A stretch of DNA of 44,271 nt, from the IMG/VR virus record IMGVR_UViG_2565956725_000004; one strand, given 5' to 3'. The translations under genes and the position numbers were made by a program. The notes under the pieces were generated by a model. The model ran no database searches. It was not told where the DNA came from and saw only the letters and a list, made by a program, of their open reading frames with translations. Source of the stretch: a virus. Lineage: Duplodnaviria; Heunggongvirae; Uroviricota; Caudoviricetes. Positions 27,159-35,729 of this stretch are shown in pieces. Position 1 is the stretch's first letter, and the number at the start of each line of letters is the position of its first letter.

Positions 27159-27482
27159 ATGGCAAAGAATTTTGTAGAAGAAGGAAAAACGGTGGCGATT
27201 GTTGCCAGTGCAGCCATCAGCAGCGGAGATCTGGTGCAGGTGGGTGATGTTTTTGCGGTGGCGCTGACCGATATTCCACAGGGTGAAACAGGCGACGGCA
27301 TGACCGAAGGTGTGTTTATGCTGCCTAAGCTGAAAACGGATGACATGAAAACGGGTAAGAAGGTTTATCTGAAGTCCGGAAAAGTTCAGCTGACTAACAG
27401 CGGCTCTGATCCGCTGGTCGGGGTTGTCTGGGCAGATGCCGGAACCAGTGCAGAAGAAGTGCCGGTAAAACTCAATGTCTGA
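27159..27482 (+). CDS. Small head protein (possible decoration protein, DUF2190-like)
   Basis: 107 aa from ATG 27159 (GGAGA ribosome-binding site); position right after the capsid gene. Confidence 0.5.
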   Translation: MAKNFVEEGKTVAIVASAAISSGDLVQVGDVFAVALTDIPQGETGDGMTEGVFMLPKLKTDDMKTGKKVYLKSGKVQLTNSGSDPLVGVVWADAGTSAEEVPVKLNV

Positions 27483-27750
27483 TCCCTTTTCCCGGCTGGC
27501 AGCGCGTATGGATGCGATCACGGTCAGAAAGATGGGAAAGACAGCCTCGATTAATGATGTCGATATGACTGTGATCCCGGGAGAAACACTGGCAGAGCTG
27601 AATGCTCTGTCCGGACCTGCGGTCTCTCTGGTGGTGTTTTCTTCGGGATACCGCCCACGGCGCGGGGATCGCGTTGTTTATGACGGACAACAATGGACGG
27701 TCACACGGCATGAACGCTTTAACGGTAAGCCAATGATCTTTATTGAGTAA
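27475..27750 (+). CDS. Head-tail connector/adaptor protein (FII-like position)
   Basis: 91-aa ORF overlapping the upstream stop; gene order between head and tail modules. Confidence 0.5.
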   Translation: MSDPFSRLAARMDAITVRKMGKTASINDVDMTVIPGETLAELNALSGPAVSLVVFSSGYRPRRGDRVVYDGQQWTVTRHERFNGKPMIFIE

Positions 27751-27761
27751 AGAGGTGTGGG

Positions 27762-28340
27762 ATGAAGGGGCTTGAGAATGCCATCCGCAATCTGAACAGC
27801 CTTGATACCCGTATGGTGCCACAGGCCAGCGCATGGGCGATAAACCGTGTGGCACAGAAAGCGGTCTCGGTTGCCACCCGGCAGGTTGCCGGGAATACCG
27901 TTGCGGGAGATAACCAGGTGAAAGGGATCCCCCTGAAACTGGTACGTCAGCGTGTCCGGGTGTTTAAAGCCAGTCCGTCAGGAAAAATGACGGCCAGGAT
28001 CCGCGTTAACCGGGGCAATCTGCCCGCCATTAAGCTGGGGATAGCCCGGGTCAGACTGGCCCGGCGTGGTGGAAAACTGCAGTACCGTGGCAGTGTGCTG
28101 AAGGTGGGTAAATATCTTTTCCGGGATGCGTTTATTCAGCAACTGGCGAATGGTCGCTGGCATGTGATGCGGCGTATTGATGGCAAAAATCGTTACCCCA
28201 TTGATGTGGTGAAAATCCCGCTGTCCGGACCGCTGACACAGGCATTTGAAGATGCCCGCGACCGCATCATTGCTGCGGAAATGCCGAAACAGCTGGGGTA
28301 TGCACTGAAACAACAACTGAGGTTATGGCTGACCCGATGA
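27762..28340 (+). CDS. Minor tail protein Z-like
   Basis: 192 aa, the same length as lambda Z, in the Z position before U. Confidence 0.6.
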   Translation: MKGLENAIRNLNSLDTRMVPQASAWAINRVAQKAVSVATRQVAGNTVAGDNQVKGIPLKLVRQRVRVFKASPSGKMTARIRVNRGNLPAIKLGIARVRLARRGGKLQYRGSVLKVGKYLFRDAFIQQLANGRWHVMRRIDGKNRYPIDVVKIPLSGPLTQAFEDARDRIIAAEMPKQLGYALKQQLRLWLTR

Positions 28341-28738
28341 ACCGACATACACAAATCCGCCAGGTCGTACTGGCACGCCTTCGGGAACAGTGTGGAGACA
28401 GCGCCACGTTTTTTGACGGGCTTCCGGCATTTGTTGATGCGCAGGAACTGCCTGCCGTGGTGGTGTGGCTGAGTGATGCTCAGTACACCGGAAAAATGAC
28501 GGATGAAGATGACTGGCAGGCTGTTCTGCATATTGCTGTCTTCATCCGGGCACAGGCACCGGATTCAGAGCTGGATATGTGGATGGAGAGCACCATTTTC
28601 CCGGCCCTGAATGATGTACCGGCACTTTCCGGACTCATCGACACCCTGATCCCACTCGGTTTTAACTATCAACGTGATAATGAGATGGCCACCTGGGCGA
28701 TGACGGAAATCACGTACCAGATCACGTACACGAATTAA
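28325..28738 (+). CDS. U: Tail terminator protein (lambda gpU-like)
   Basis: ATFFDG ... PAVVVWLSDAQYTG ... DSELDMWMES ... matches remembered lambda U. Confidence 0.8.
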   Translation: MADPMNRHTQIRQVVLARLREQCGDSATFFDGLPAFVDAQELPAVVVWLSDAQYTGKMTDEDDWQAVLHIAVFIRAQAPDSELDMWMESTIFPALNDVPALSGLIDTLIPLGFNYQRDNEMATWAMTEITYQITYTN

Positions 28739-28742
28739 GGAG

Positions 28743-29492
28743 GTGGCAATGACCACACCAAATCCACTGGCAAAGACGAAAGGTGCGGGGACGACGTTCT
28801 GGATGTATACCGGCAACGGCGACGCATTTGCGAACCCTTTGTCGGACACTGACTGGCTGCGTCTTGCGATGGTGAAGGATCTGCAACCTGGCGAAATGAC
28901 CGCTGATGCAGAAGATGATACTTATCTCGATGATGAAGATGCAGACTGGAAAACGACAACCCAGGGGCAGAAATCAGTCGGTGATACTTCGGCGACGCTG
29001 GCCTGGCGTCCGGGTGACAGCGGGCAGAAAAAACTGGTTCAGTTGTTCGACTCCGGTGAAGTCTGCGCGTTTCGTATCAAATATCCCAACGGTACTGTTG
29101 ATGTTTTCCGTGGCTGGCTGAGTTCACTGGGTAAAACCATTGCCTCAAAAGACGTGATGACCCGCACTGTGAAAATCAGCGGTGTGGGGCGTCCGTATCT
29201 GGCAGAGGAAGGCACTGAAACAGTGAGCGTTACCGGGCTGACGGTGGCACCGGCATCTGCCAGTGTAAAAGTGGGAGCAACCACCACGCTGACCTTTACA
29301 GTAAAACCTGACGGAGCCAGTGACAAAGCGATCAGTGTGCATTCGTCAGATCCACAGACTGCCACGGTGACCCTGAACGGGCTTGTAGCCACGGTGAAAG
29401 GCGTGAAGCAGGGCAGTGTCAGCATTGTGGGCATGACCGCTGACGGGAATTTTGTGGCTGTGGCTGCGGTGACTGTCAGCGCTGCAGGTTAA
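28743..29492 (+). CDS. V: Major tail protein V with C-terminal Ig-like domain
   Basis: KGAGTTFWMYTGNGDAFANPLSDTDW ... YLDDEDADW ... FPNGTVDVFRGW matches lambda V. Confidence 0.9.
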   Translation: MAMTTPNPLAKTKGAGTTFWMYTGNGDAFANPLSDTDWLRLAMVKDLQPGEMTADAEDDTYLDDEDADWKTTTQGQKSVGDTSATLAWRPGDSGQKKLVQLFDSGEVCAFRIKYPNGTVDVFRGWLSSLGKTIASKDVMTRTVKISGVGRPYLAEEGTETVSVTGLTVAPASASVKVGATTTLTFTVKPDGASDKAISVHSSDPQTATVTLNGLVATVKGVKQGSVSIVGMTADGNFVAVAAVTVSAAG

Positions 29493-29512
29493 CAGGACGA
29501 TACTCATCATTT

Positions 29513-29536
29513 GCCCCGGTTATCCGGGGCTTTTTT
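29513..29536 (+). terminator. Rho-independent terminator/attenuator after V
   Basis: GCCCCGG-TTAT-CCGGGGC hairpin followed by six T. Confidence 0.65.
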
Positions 29537-29549
29537 GCAGGTGGAGAAC

Positions 29550-29939
29550 ATGATGTTTCTGAAACAGGGCACGTTTAATTATGAAAAACAGTCCGTGGTG
29601 CTCAGTGAGCTGTCCGGGCTGCAGAGAATTGAATATCTGGCGTTTGTTCAGCAGCGAACGGCAAAGTTTGATGCCGGTGAGGGAGAACTGCCGGAGGCTG
29701 AACGACAGATTGCTTTTCTGCGGATGGGGATGGATATCAATGCCTGGCTGGTTTCCCGCTCACTGTGGAATGCGGATCAGTCTAAGGATGTAGAGACGCT
29801 TTGCGCATCCGTTATTACAACATGGTCGTATGATGCCCTGGGTGCGGGGGCGGAGATGGTTCTGTCGCTGAGCGGTATGGGGGCCATTGATAATGCCGGG
29901 GATGATGAGCATGAGGCGCTGACGCCGGAAAAGTCCTGA
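29550..29939 (+). CDS. G: Tail assembly chaperone G
   Basis: MMFLKQGTFNYEKQSVVLSELSGLQRIEYLAF resembles lambda G; GGAG ribosome-binding site upstream. Confidence 0.8.
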   Translation: MMFLKQGTFNYEKQSVVLSELSGLQRIEYLAFVQQRTAKFDAGEGELPEAERQIAFLRMGMDINAWLVSRSLWNADQSKDVETLCASVITTWSYDALGAGAEMVLSLSGMGAIDNAGDDEHEALTPEKS

Positions 29940-29947
29940 CGCGGGAA

Positions 29948-30277
29948 ATGCAGTTTGTCATGCGGCTTGCCCGGGAGTTCCGGCGGGCAGACTGGCGGCG
30001 GATGCTGTCGGAAATGTCGGCCACTGAGCTTGGTGAGTGGGGCGATTATTTCCGGATGCAGAGCTTCAGTGATGTGTGGATGGATGCGCAGTTTGCCTCG
30101 CTGAAGGCATTGATCGTGAGAATGGTGTCCGGCAGCAGTGATGCTGCGGTGGCTGATTTCAGCCTTTTACCGGAAGAGAACGGGATACCGGAGCGAACGG
30201 ACGAAGAACTGATGCATCTTGGGGAAGGTATTTCCGGAGGTGTGCGTTATGGACCAGATAGCCAACCTGGTCATTGA
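29948..30277 (+). CDS. T: T segment of tail assembly chaperone GT, expressed by -1 frameshift from G
   Basis: ORF in the -1 frame relative to G, open from 29915; candidate slip site GGAAAAG at 29927..29933; no independent ribosome-binding site. Confidence 0.6.
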   Translation: MQFVMRLAREFRRADWRRMLSEMSATELGEWGDYFRMQSFSDVWMDAQFASLKALIVRMVSGSSDAAVADFSLLPEENGIPERTDEELMHLGEGISGGVRYGPDSQPGH

Positions 30278-33200
30278 TTTGGGGATTGATGCGGCAGAGT
30301 TTAAAAATGAAATCCCCCGTATCAAAAACCTTCTGAATGGTGCAGCCAGCGATGCAGAACGGTCTTCTGCCCGTATGCAGCGTTTTATGGAGCGTCAGAC
30401 TCAGGCCGCCCGGCAGACAACGCAGGCGGCGTCTTCGGCTGCAACAGCCGCATCCGTCCATGCGCAGACGGTGGAGAAGAACGCACAGGCTCATGAACGC
30501 ATGGCCCGCGAGGTGGAGAAAACCCGCCAGCGCATGGTGGCGCTGAGCCAGAAAATGCGCGAGGAACAGGCGCAGGCCATGGCTCTGGCGGAGGCTCAGG
30601 ATAAAGCGGCTGCTGCGTTTTATCGTCAGATTGACAGTGTGAAACAGGCCAGTGCGGGTCTGCAGGAATTACAGCGTATTCAGCAGCAGATCCGACAGGC
30701 CAGAAACAGTGGCGGGATTGGTCAGCAGGATTATCTGGCGCTGATTTCTGAGGTTACGGCGAAAACCCGTGTTCTTACACAGGCTGAGGAAGAGGCTACC
30801 CGACAGAAAGTGGCGTTTATCCGTCAGCTTAAAGAGCAGGCAACCCGCCAGAATCTTTCTTCTTCTGAGTTGCTTCGTGCTAAGGCTGCCCAACTGGGGG
30901 TAAGCAGTGCTGCAGAAGTGTATATCCGCAAAATGGAGCAGGCAGGAAAAGCCACGCATTCGCTGGGGCTGAAAAGTGCAGCGGCCCGTCAGGAGATAGG
31001 CGTTCTGATAGGTGAACTGGCCCGCGGAAATTTAGGTGCGCTGAGGGGATCCGGAATAACGCTGGCTAACCGTGCCGGGTGGATAGACACATTGATGTCA
31101 CCGAAAGGCATGATGCTTGGCGGGGTTATTGGCGGTATTGCCGCGGCTGTCTATGGTCTGGGTAAAGCCTGGTATGACGGTCAGAAGGAGGGGGAAGAAT
31201 TTAACCGCCAGCTGTCGCTGACGGGGCATTATGCCGGAGTCACTGCCGGGCAGCTGTGGACGCTCAGTCGTGCTATTTCCGGGAATGGTATCACGCAACA
31301 TGCTGCAGCCGGTGCGCTGGCTCAGGTGGTGGGGAGTGGTGCATTTCGTGGAAACGATATCGGTATGGTGGCGAGAGCTGCCGCACAGATGGAGCGATCG
31401 GTTGGCCAGTCGGTCAGCGATACCATAAATCAGTTTAAGCGGCTGAAGGATGATCCTGTAAATGCCGCGAAGGCTCTGGACAATGAGCTGCATTTTCTTA
31501 CTGCCACTCAGCTTGAGCAGATACGCGTCCTTGGGGAACAGGGGCGGTCCAGTGATGCGGCACGGATAGCCATGTCTGCACTGGCAGAGGAAACCGGTCG
31601 GCGTACTGCGGATATTGATAATAACCTCAATGCGCTGGGCAGTACGCTGAAGTATCTGTCTGATTTATGGAGTCGTTTCTGGGATGCGGCCATGAATATT
31701 GGTCGTGAAGACTCGCTGGATGAACAGATTTCCGCTTTACAGGAGAAAGTGTCGCGGGCGAAAAGACTCCCCTGGATGGCATCATCTTCTCAGGTTGAGT
31801 ACGATCAGCAGCGTCTTAACGAGCTTCAGGAGAAAAAACGCCAGAAGGATTTGCAGGATGCAAAAGAGCAGGCAGAGCGGAATTATCAGGAGCAACAGAA
31901 ACGCCGTAATGCTGAAAATGCTGCACTGAACCGGATGAATGAAACGGAAGCAGCACGACATCTGCGTGAAATTGCGCGTATTAATGCCATGCAGTACGCC
32001 GATCAGGCTGTCAGGGATGCGGCGATACAACGTGAAAATGAACGTTACGAGAAAGCCCTGGCATCCGGTAAGAAAAAAACACGCGAAACCCGTAATGATG
32101 AGGCCACCCGGTTATTGCTGCAGTACAGTCAGCAACAGGCACAGGTGGAAGGACAGATTGCTGCTGCCAGACAGTCAGCAGGCATTGCCACGGAAAGGAT
32201 GACAGAAGCGCATAAACAGCTTCTGGCTCTGCAGCAGCGCATCAGCGACCTGGACGGGAAAAAACTGACGGCAGATGAAAAGAGTGTGCTGGCCCGTAAA
32301 GATGAACTGATTCAGGCACTGACGCTGCTGGATGTAAAACAGCAGGAGCTTCAGAAACAGACGGCACTCAACGAGCTGAAGAAAAAAACAATTCAGCTGA
32401 CCAGTCAACTGGCTGAAGAAGAGCGCGCTCAGCGTCAGCAACATGACCTGGATATCGCCACGGTGGGTATGGGTGATCAGCAGCGGCAGCGATATCAGGT
32501 ACAACTGAGTCTTCGCCAGAAATACCAGCAACAGCTGGAGCAGTTGAGGCGGGATAGTGAGCAGAAAGGGACATATAACACGGATGACTACAGAAAGTCC
32601 GAGCAGGCGCTGACGGAGAGCCTGAACCGACAACTGAATGAGAATCGCCGTTACTGGCAACAGCTTGAAGTTGTGCAGGGTAACTGGAAAAACGGAGTCC
32701 TGCGTGCATTTCAGGATTTTACCGTGGATGCAGACAATACGGCAGGAACAGCAGAACAGGTGTTCTCGTCAGCCTTCAGCAACATGGGAAATGGCCTGGC
32801 AACTTTTGTCACTACCGGCAAACTCAACTTCAAATCCTTCACCTCTTCGGTGCTGTCAGATATGGCGAAGATCCTGGCGCAGGCAACCGTGATGAAATCG
32901 ATAAAAGGGATTGGCAGTGTACTGGGATTTGATCTCAGCAGCCTTTCCCTGAATGCCAATGGGGGGATTTATCAGTCTGCTGATTTGAGTCGTTACAGTG
33001 GCACGGTGGTTAACCGTCCGACGTTTTTTGCTTTTGCAAAAGGCGCGGGTGTGATGGGGGAAGCTGGACCTGAAGCCATTCTGCCACTGCGTCGTGGTGC
33101 TGACGGTAAGCTGGGGGTTGTGGCGGACATTGGTGGTTCAGGTATGGCGATGTTTGCCCCGCAGTACAACATCGAGATCAATAACGATGGCACGAACGGG

Positions 33201-33314
33201 CAGATAGGTCCGGCTGCCCTGAAGGTGGTTTATGACCTTGGGAAAAAAGCGGCAGCGGACTTTATGCAACAGCAGGCCCGTGATGGTGGTCGGTTAAGTG
33301 GAGCATATCGGTAA
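30249..33314 (+). CDS. H: Tail tape measure protein (lambda H-like)
   Basis: About 1021 aa, Ala/Gln-rich coiled-coil throughout; ATG at 30249 preceded by GGAGG. Confidence 0.9.
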   Translation: MDQIANLVIDLGIDAAEFKNEIPRIKNLLNGAASDAERSSARMQRFMERQTQAARQTTQAASSAATAASVHAQTVEKNAQAHERMAREVEKTRQRMVALSQKMREEQAQAMALAEAQDKAAAAFYRQIDSVKQASAGLQELQRIQQQIRQARNSGGIGQQDYLALISEVTAKTRVLTQAEEEATRQKVAFIRQLKEQATRQNLSSSELLRAKAAQLGVSSAAEVYIRKMEQAGKATHSLGLKSAAARQEIGVLIGELARGNLGALRGSGITLANRAGWIDTLMSPKGMMLGGVIGGIAAAVYGLGKAWYDGQKEGEEFNRQLSLTGHYAGVTAGQLWTLSRAISGNGITQHAAAGALAQVVGSGAFRGNDIGMVARAAAQMERSVGQSVSDTINQFKRLKDDPVNAAKALDNELHFLTATQLEQIRVLGEQGRSSDAARIAMSALAEETGRRTADIDNNLNALGSTLKYLSDLWSRFWDAAMNIGREDSLDEQISALQEKVSRAKRLPWMASSSQVEYDQQRLNELQEKKRQKDLQDAKEQAERNYQEQQKRRNAENAALNRMNETEAARHLREIARINAMQYADQAVRDAAIQRENERYEKALASGKKKTRETRNDEATRLLLQYSQQQAQVEGQIAAARQSAGIATERMTEAHKQLLALQQRISDLDGKKLTADEKSVLARKDELIQALTLLDVKQQELQKQTALNELKKKTIQLTSQLAEEERAQRQQHDLDIATVGMGDQQRQRYQVQLSLRQKYQQQLEQLRRDSEQKGTYNTDDYRKSEQALTESLNRQLNENRRYWQQLEVVQGNWKNGVLRAFQDFTVDADNTAGTAEQVFSSAFSNMGNGLATFVTTGKLNFKSFTSSVLSDMAKILAQATVMKSIKGIGSVLGFDLSSLSLNANGGIYQSADLSRYSGTVVNRPTFFAFAKGAGVMGEAGPEAILPLRRGADGKLGVVADIGGSGMAMFAPQYNIEINNDGTNGQIGPAALKVVYDLGKKAAADFMQQQARDGGRLSGAYR

Positions 33315-33643
33315 TGGAGACGTTTCACTGGAAAGTGCGCCCGGATATGAATGTGGTATCAGAGCCGAAAGTGGTGACAGTGAAGCTGGGCGATGGTTAT
33401 GAACAGCGTCGTGCGGCGGGACTGAATAACCAGTTGTCGACTTACAGCGTGACGATACGTGTTCGTAAATGTGAACACCCATCTTTAAAAGCCTTTCTGG
33501 AACGGCACGGTGGCGTCCGCGCATTTCAGTGGACGCCACCTTATGACTGGAAGCCGATCAGGGTGGTTTGTCGTAAATGGTCGGTAAGCGTGGGGGCGTT
33601 GTGGGTAACCATAACGGCAGATTTTGAACAGGTCGTGGCATAG
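33314..33643 (+). CDS. M: Minor tail protein M
   Basis: 109 aa; FHWKVRPDMNVVSEPKVVTVKLGDGYEQRRAAGLN matches lambda M. Confidence 0.9.
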   Translation: METFHWKVRPDMNVVSEPKVVTVKLGDGYEQRRAAGLNNQLSTYSVTIRVRKCEHPSLKAFLERHGGVRAFQWTPPYDWKPIRVVCRKWSVSVGALWVTITADFEQVVA

Positions 33644-33652
33644 GAGTCTCTG

Positions 33653-34351
33653 ATGCAGGATATTCCACAGGAAACACATCATGAGACGACACGCCTCACT
33701 CAGTCAGCCCAGGTGGTGCTCTGGGAAATCGATCTGACAGTGGTCGGTGGAGAACGTTATTTTTTCTGTAATGAGCAGAACGAAAAAGGTGAGCCGGTCA
33801 CCTGGCAGGGGCGACAGTATCAGGCGTATCCCATTCAGGGGACGGGATTTGAACTGAACGGCAAGGGCAGTGCTGCCCGTCCGACACTGACGGTTTCTAA
33901 CCTGCACGGCATGGTCACCGGGATGGCGGAAGACCTGCAGAGTCTGGTCGGAGGAACGGTGGTCCGGCGTAAGGTTTACGCCCGTTTTCTGGATGCGGTG
34001 AACTTCGTCAACGGAAACAGCGACGCCGATCCGGAGCAGGAGGTGATCAGCCGCTGGCGCATCGAGCAGTGCAGCGAACTGAGTGCGGTCAGTGCCTCCT
34101 TTGTGTTGTCCACACCGACGGAAACGGATGGTGCTGTTTTTCCGGGGCGTATCATGCTGGCCAACACCTGCACCTGGACCTATCGCGGCGATGAGTGTGG
34201 TTATCACGGTCCGGCTGTCGCGGATGAATATGACCAGCCGACGTCCGATATCACGAAGGATAAATGCAGCAAATGCCTGAGTGGCTGTAAGTTCCGCAAT
34301 AATGTCAGCAACTTTGGCGGCTTCCTTTCCATTAACAAACTTTCGCAGTAA
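33653..34351 (+). CDS. L: Minor tail protein L
   Basis: 232 aa, near-identical to remembered lambda L (VVLWEIDLT ... GERYFFCNEQNEKGEPVTWQGRQYQ). Confidence 0.95.
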   Translation: MQDIPQETHHETTRLTQSAQVVLWEIDLTVVGGERYFFCNEQNEKGEPVTWQGRQYQAYPIQGTGFELNGKGSAARPTLTVSNLHGMVTGMAEDLQSLVGGTVVRRKVYARFLDAVNFVNGNSDADPEQEVISRWRIEQCSELSAVSASFVLSTPTETDGAVFPGRIMLANTCTWTYRGDECGYHGPAVADEYDQPTSDITKDKCSKCLSGCKFRNNVSNFGGFLSINKLSQ

Positions 34352-34356
34352 ATCCC

Positions 34357-35100
34357 ATGACACAGACAGAATCAGCGATTCTGGCGCACGCCCGGCGATG
34401 TGCGCCAGCGGAGTCGTGCGGCTTCGTGGTGAGAACGCCGGAAGGGGAAAGATATTTTCCCTGCGTGAATATCTCCGGTGAGCCGGAGGAGTATTTCCGG
34501 ATGTCGCCGGAGGACTGGCTGCGGGCAGAGACGCAGGGTGAGATTGTGGCGCTGGTCCACAGTCATCCCGGTGGTCTGCCCTGGCTGAGTGAGGCCGACC
34601 GGCGGCTGCAGGTGCAGAGTGATTTGCCGTGGTGGCTGGTCTGCCGGGGTGAGATTCATAAATTCCGCTGTGTGCCGCATCTTACCGGGCGGCGCTTTGA
34701 GCACGGGGTGACGGACTGTTACACGCTGTTCCGGGATGCTTACCATCTGGCGGGGATTGAGATGCCGGATTTTCATCGTGAGGATGACTGGTGGCGTCAT
34801 GGTCAGAATCTCTATCTGGATAATCTGGAGGCCACAGGGCTGTATCAGGTGCCGTTGTCAGCGGCGCAGCCGGGCGATGTGCTGCTGTGCTGCTTTGGTT
34901 CATCGGTGCCGAATCATGCCGCTATTTACTGTGGTGACGGCGAGCTGCTGCACCATATTCCTGAACAACTGAGTAAACGAGAGAGGTATACCGACAAATG
35001 GCAGCGACGCACACACTCCCTCTGGCGTCACCGGGCATGGCGCGCATCTGCCTTTACGGGGATTTACAACGATTTGGCCGCCGCATCGACCTTCGTGTGA
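34357..35100 (+). CDS. K: Tail assembly protein K (JAB/MPN and NlpC/P60-like)
   Basis: MTQTESAILAHARRCAPAESCGFVV ... ALVHSHPGG matches lambda K. Confidence 0.9.
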   Translation: MTQTESAILAHARRCAPAESCGFVVRTPEGERYFPCVNISGEPEEYFRMSPEDWLRAETQGEIVALVHSHPGGLPWLSEADRRLQVQSDLPWWLVCRGEIHKFRCVPHLTGRRFEHGVTDCYTLFRDAYHLAGIEMPDFHREDDWWRHGQNLYLDNLEATGLYQVPLSAAQPGDVLLCCFGSSVPNHAAIYCGDGELLHHIPEQLSKRERYTDKWQRRTHSLWRHRAWRASAFTGIYNDLAAASTFV

Positions 35101-35669
35101 AAACGGGGGCTGAAGCCATCCGCGCACTGGCCACACAGCTCCCGGTGTTTCGTCAGAAACTGAGCGACGGCTGGTATCAGGTACGGATTGCCGGGCGGGA
35201 CGTCAGCACGTCCGGGTTAACGGCGCAGTTACATGAGACTCTGCCTGATGGCGCTGTGATTCATATTGTTCCCAGAGTCGCCGGGGCCAAGTCAGGTGGC
35301 GTATTCCAGATTGTCCTGGGGGCTGCCGCCATTGCCGGATCATTCTTTACCGCCGGAGCCACCCTTGCAGCATGGGGGGCAGCCATTGGGGCCGGTGGTA
35401 TGACCGGCATCCTGTTTTCTCTCGGTGCCAGTATGGTGCTCGGTGGTGTGGCGCAGATGCTGGCACCGAAAGCCAGAACTCCCCGTACACAGACAACGGA
35501 TAACGGCAAACAGAACACGTATTTCTCCTCACTGGATAACATGGTTGCCCAGGGCAATGTTCTGCCCGTTCTGTACGGTGAAATGCGCGTGGGGTCACGC
35601 GTGGTTTCTCAGGAGATCAGCACGGCAGACGAAGGGGACGGTGGTCAGGTTGTGGTGATTGGTCGCTGA
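34998..35669 (+). CDS. I: Tail assembly protein I
   Basis: 223 aa; MAATHTLPLASPGMARICLYGDLQRFGRRIDL matches lambda I; overlaps the end of K as in lambda. Confidence 0.9.
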   Translation: MAATHTLPLASPGMARICLYGDLQRFGRRIDLRVKTGAEAIRALATQLPVFRQKLSDGWYQVRIAGRDVSTSGLTAQLHETLPDGAVIHIVPRVAGAKSGGVFQIVLGAAAIAGSFFTAGATLAAWGAAIGAGGMTGILFSLGASMVLGGVAQMLAPKARTPRTQTTDNGKQNTYFSSLDNMVAQGNVLPVLYGEMRVGSRVVSQEISTADEGDGGQVVVIGR

Positions 35670-35729
35670 TGCAAAATGTTTTATGTGAAACCGCCTGCGG
35701 GCGGTTTTGTCGTTTATGGAGCGTGAGGA

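Noticed and set aside
30159-33193. Several 60-160-aa ORFs on both strands within the tape measure gene
   Set aside because: All lie inside the H-like CDS in alternative frames; low-complexity composition; no independent signals.
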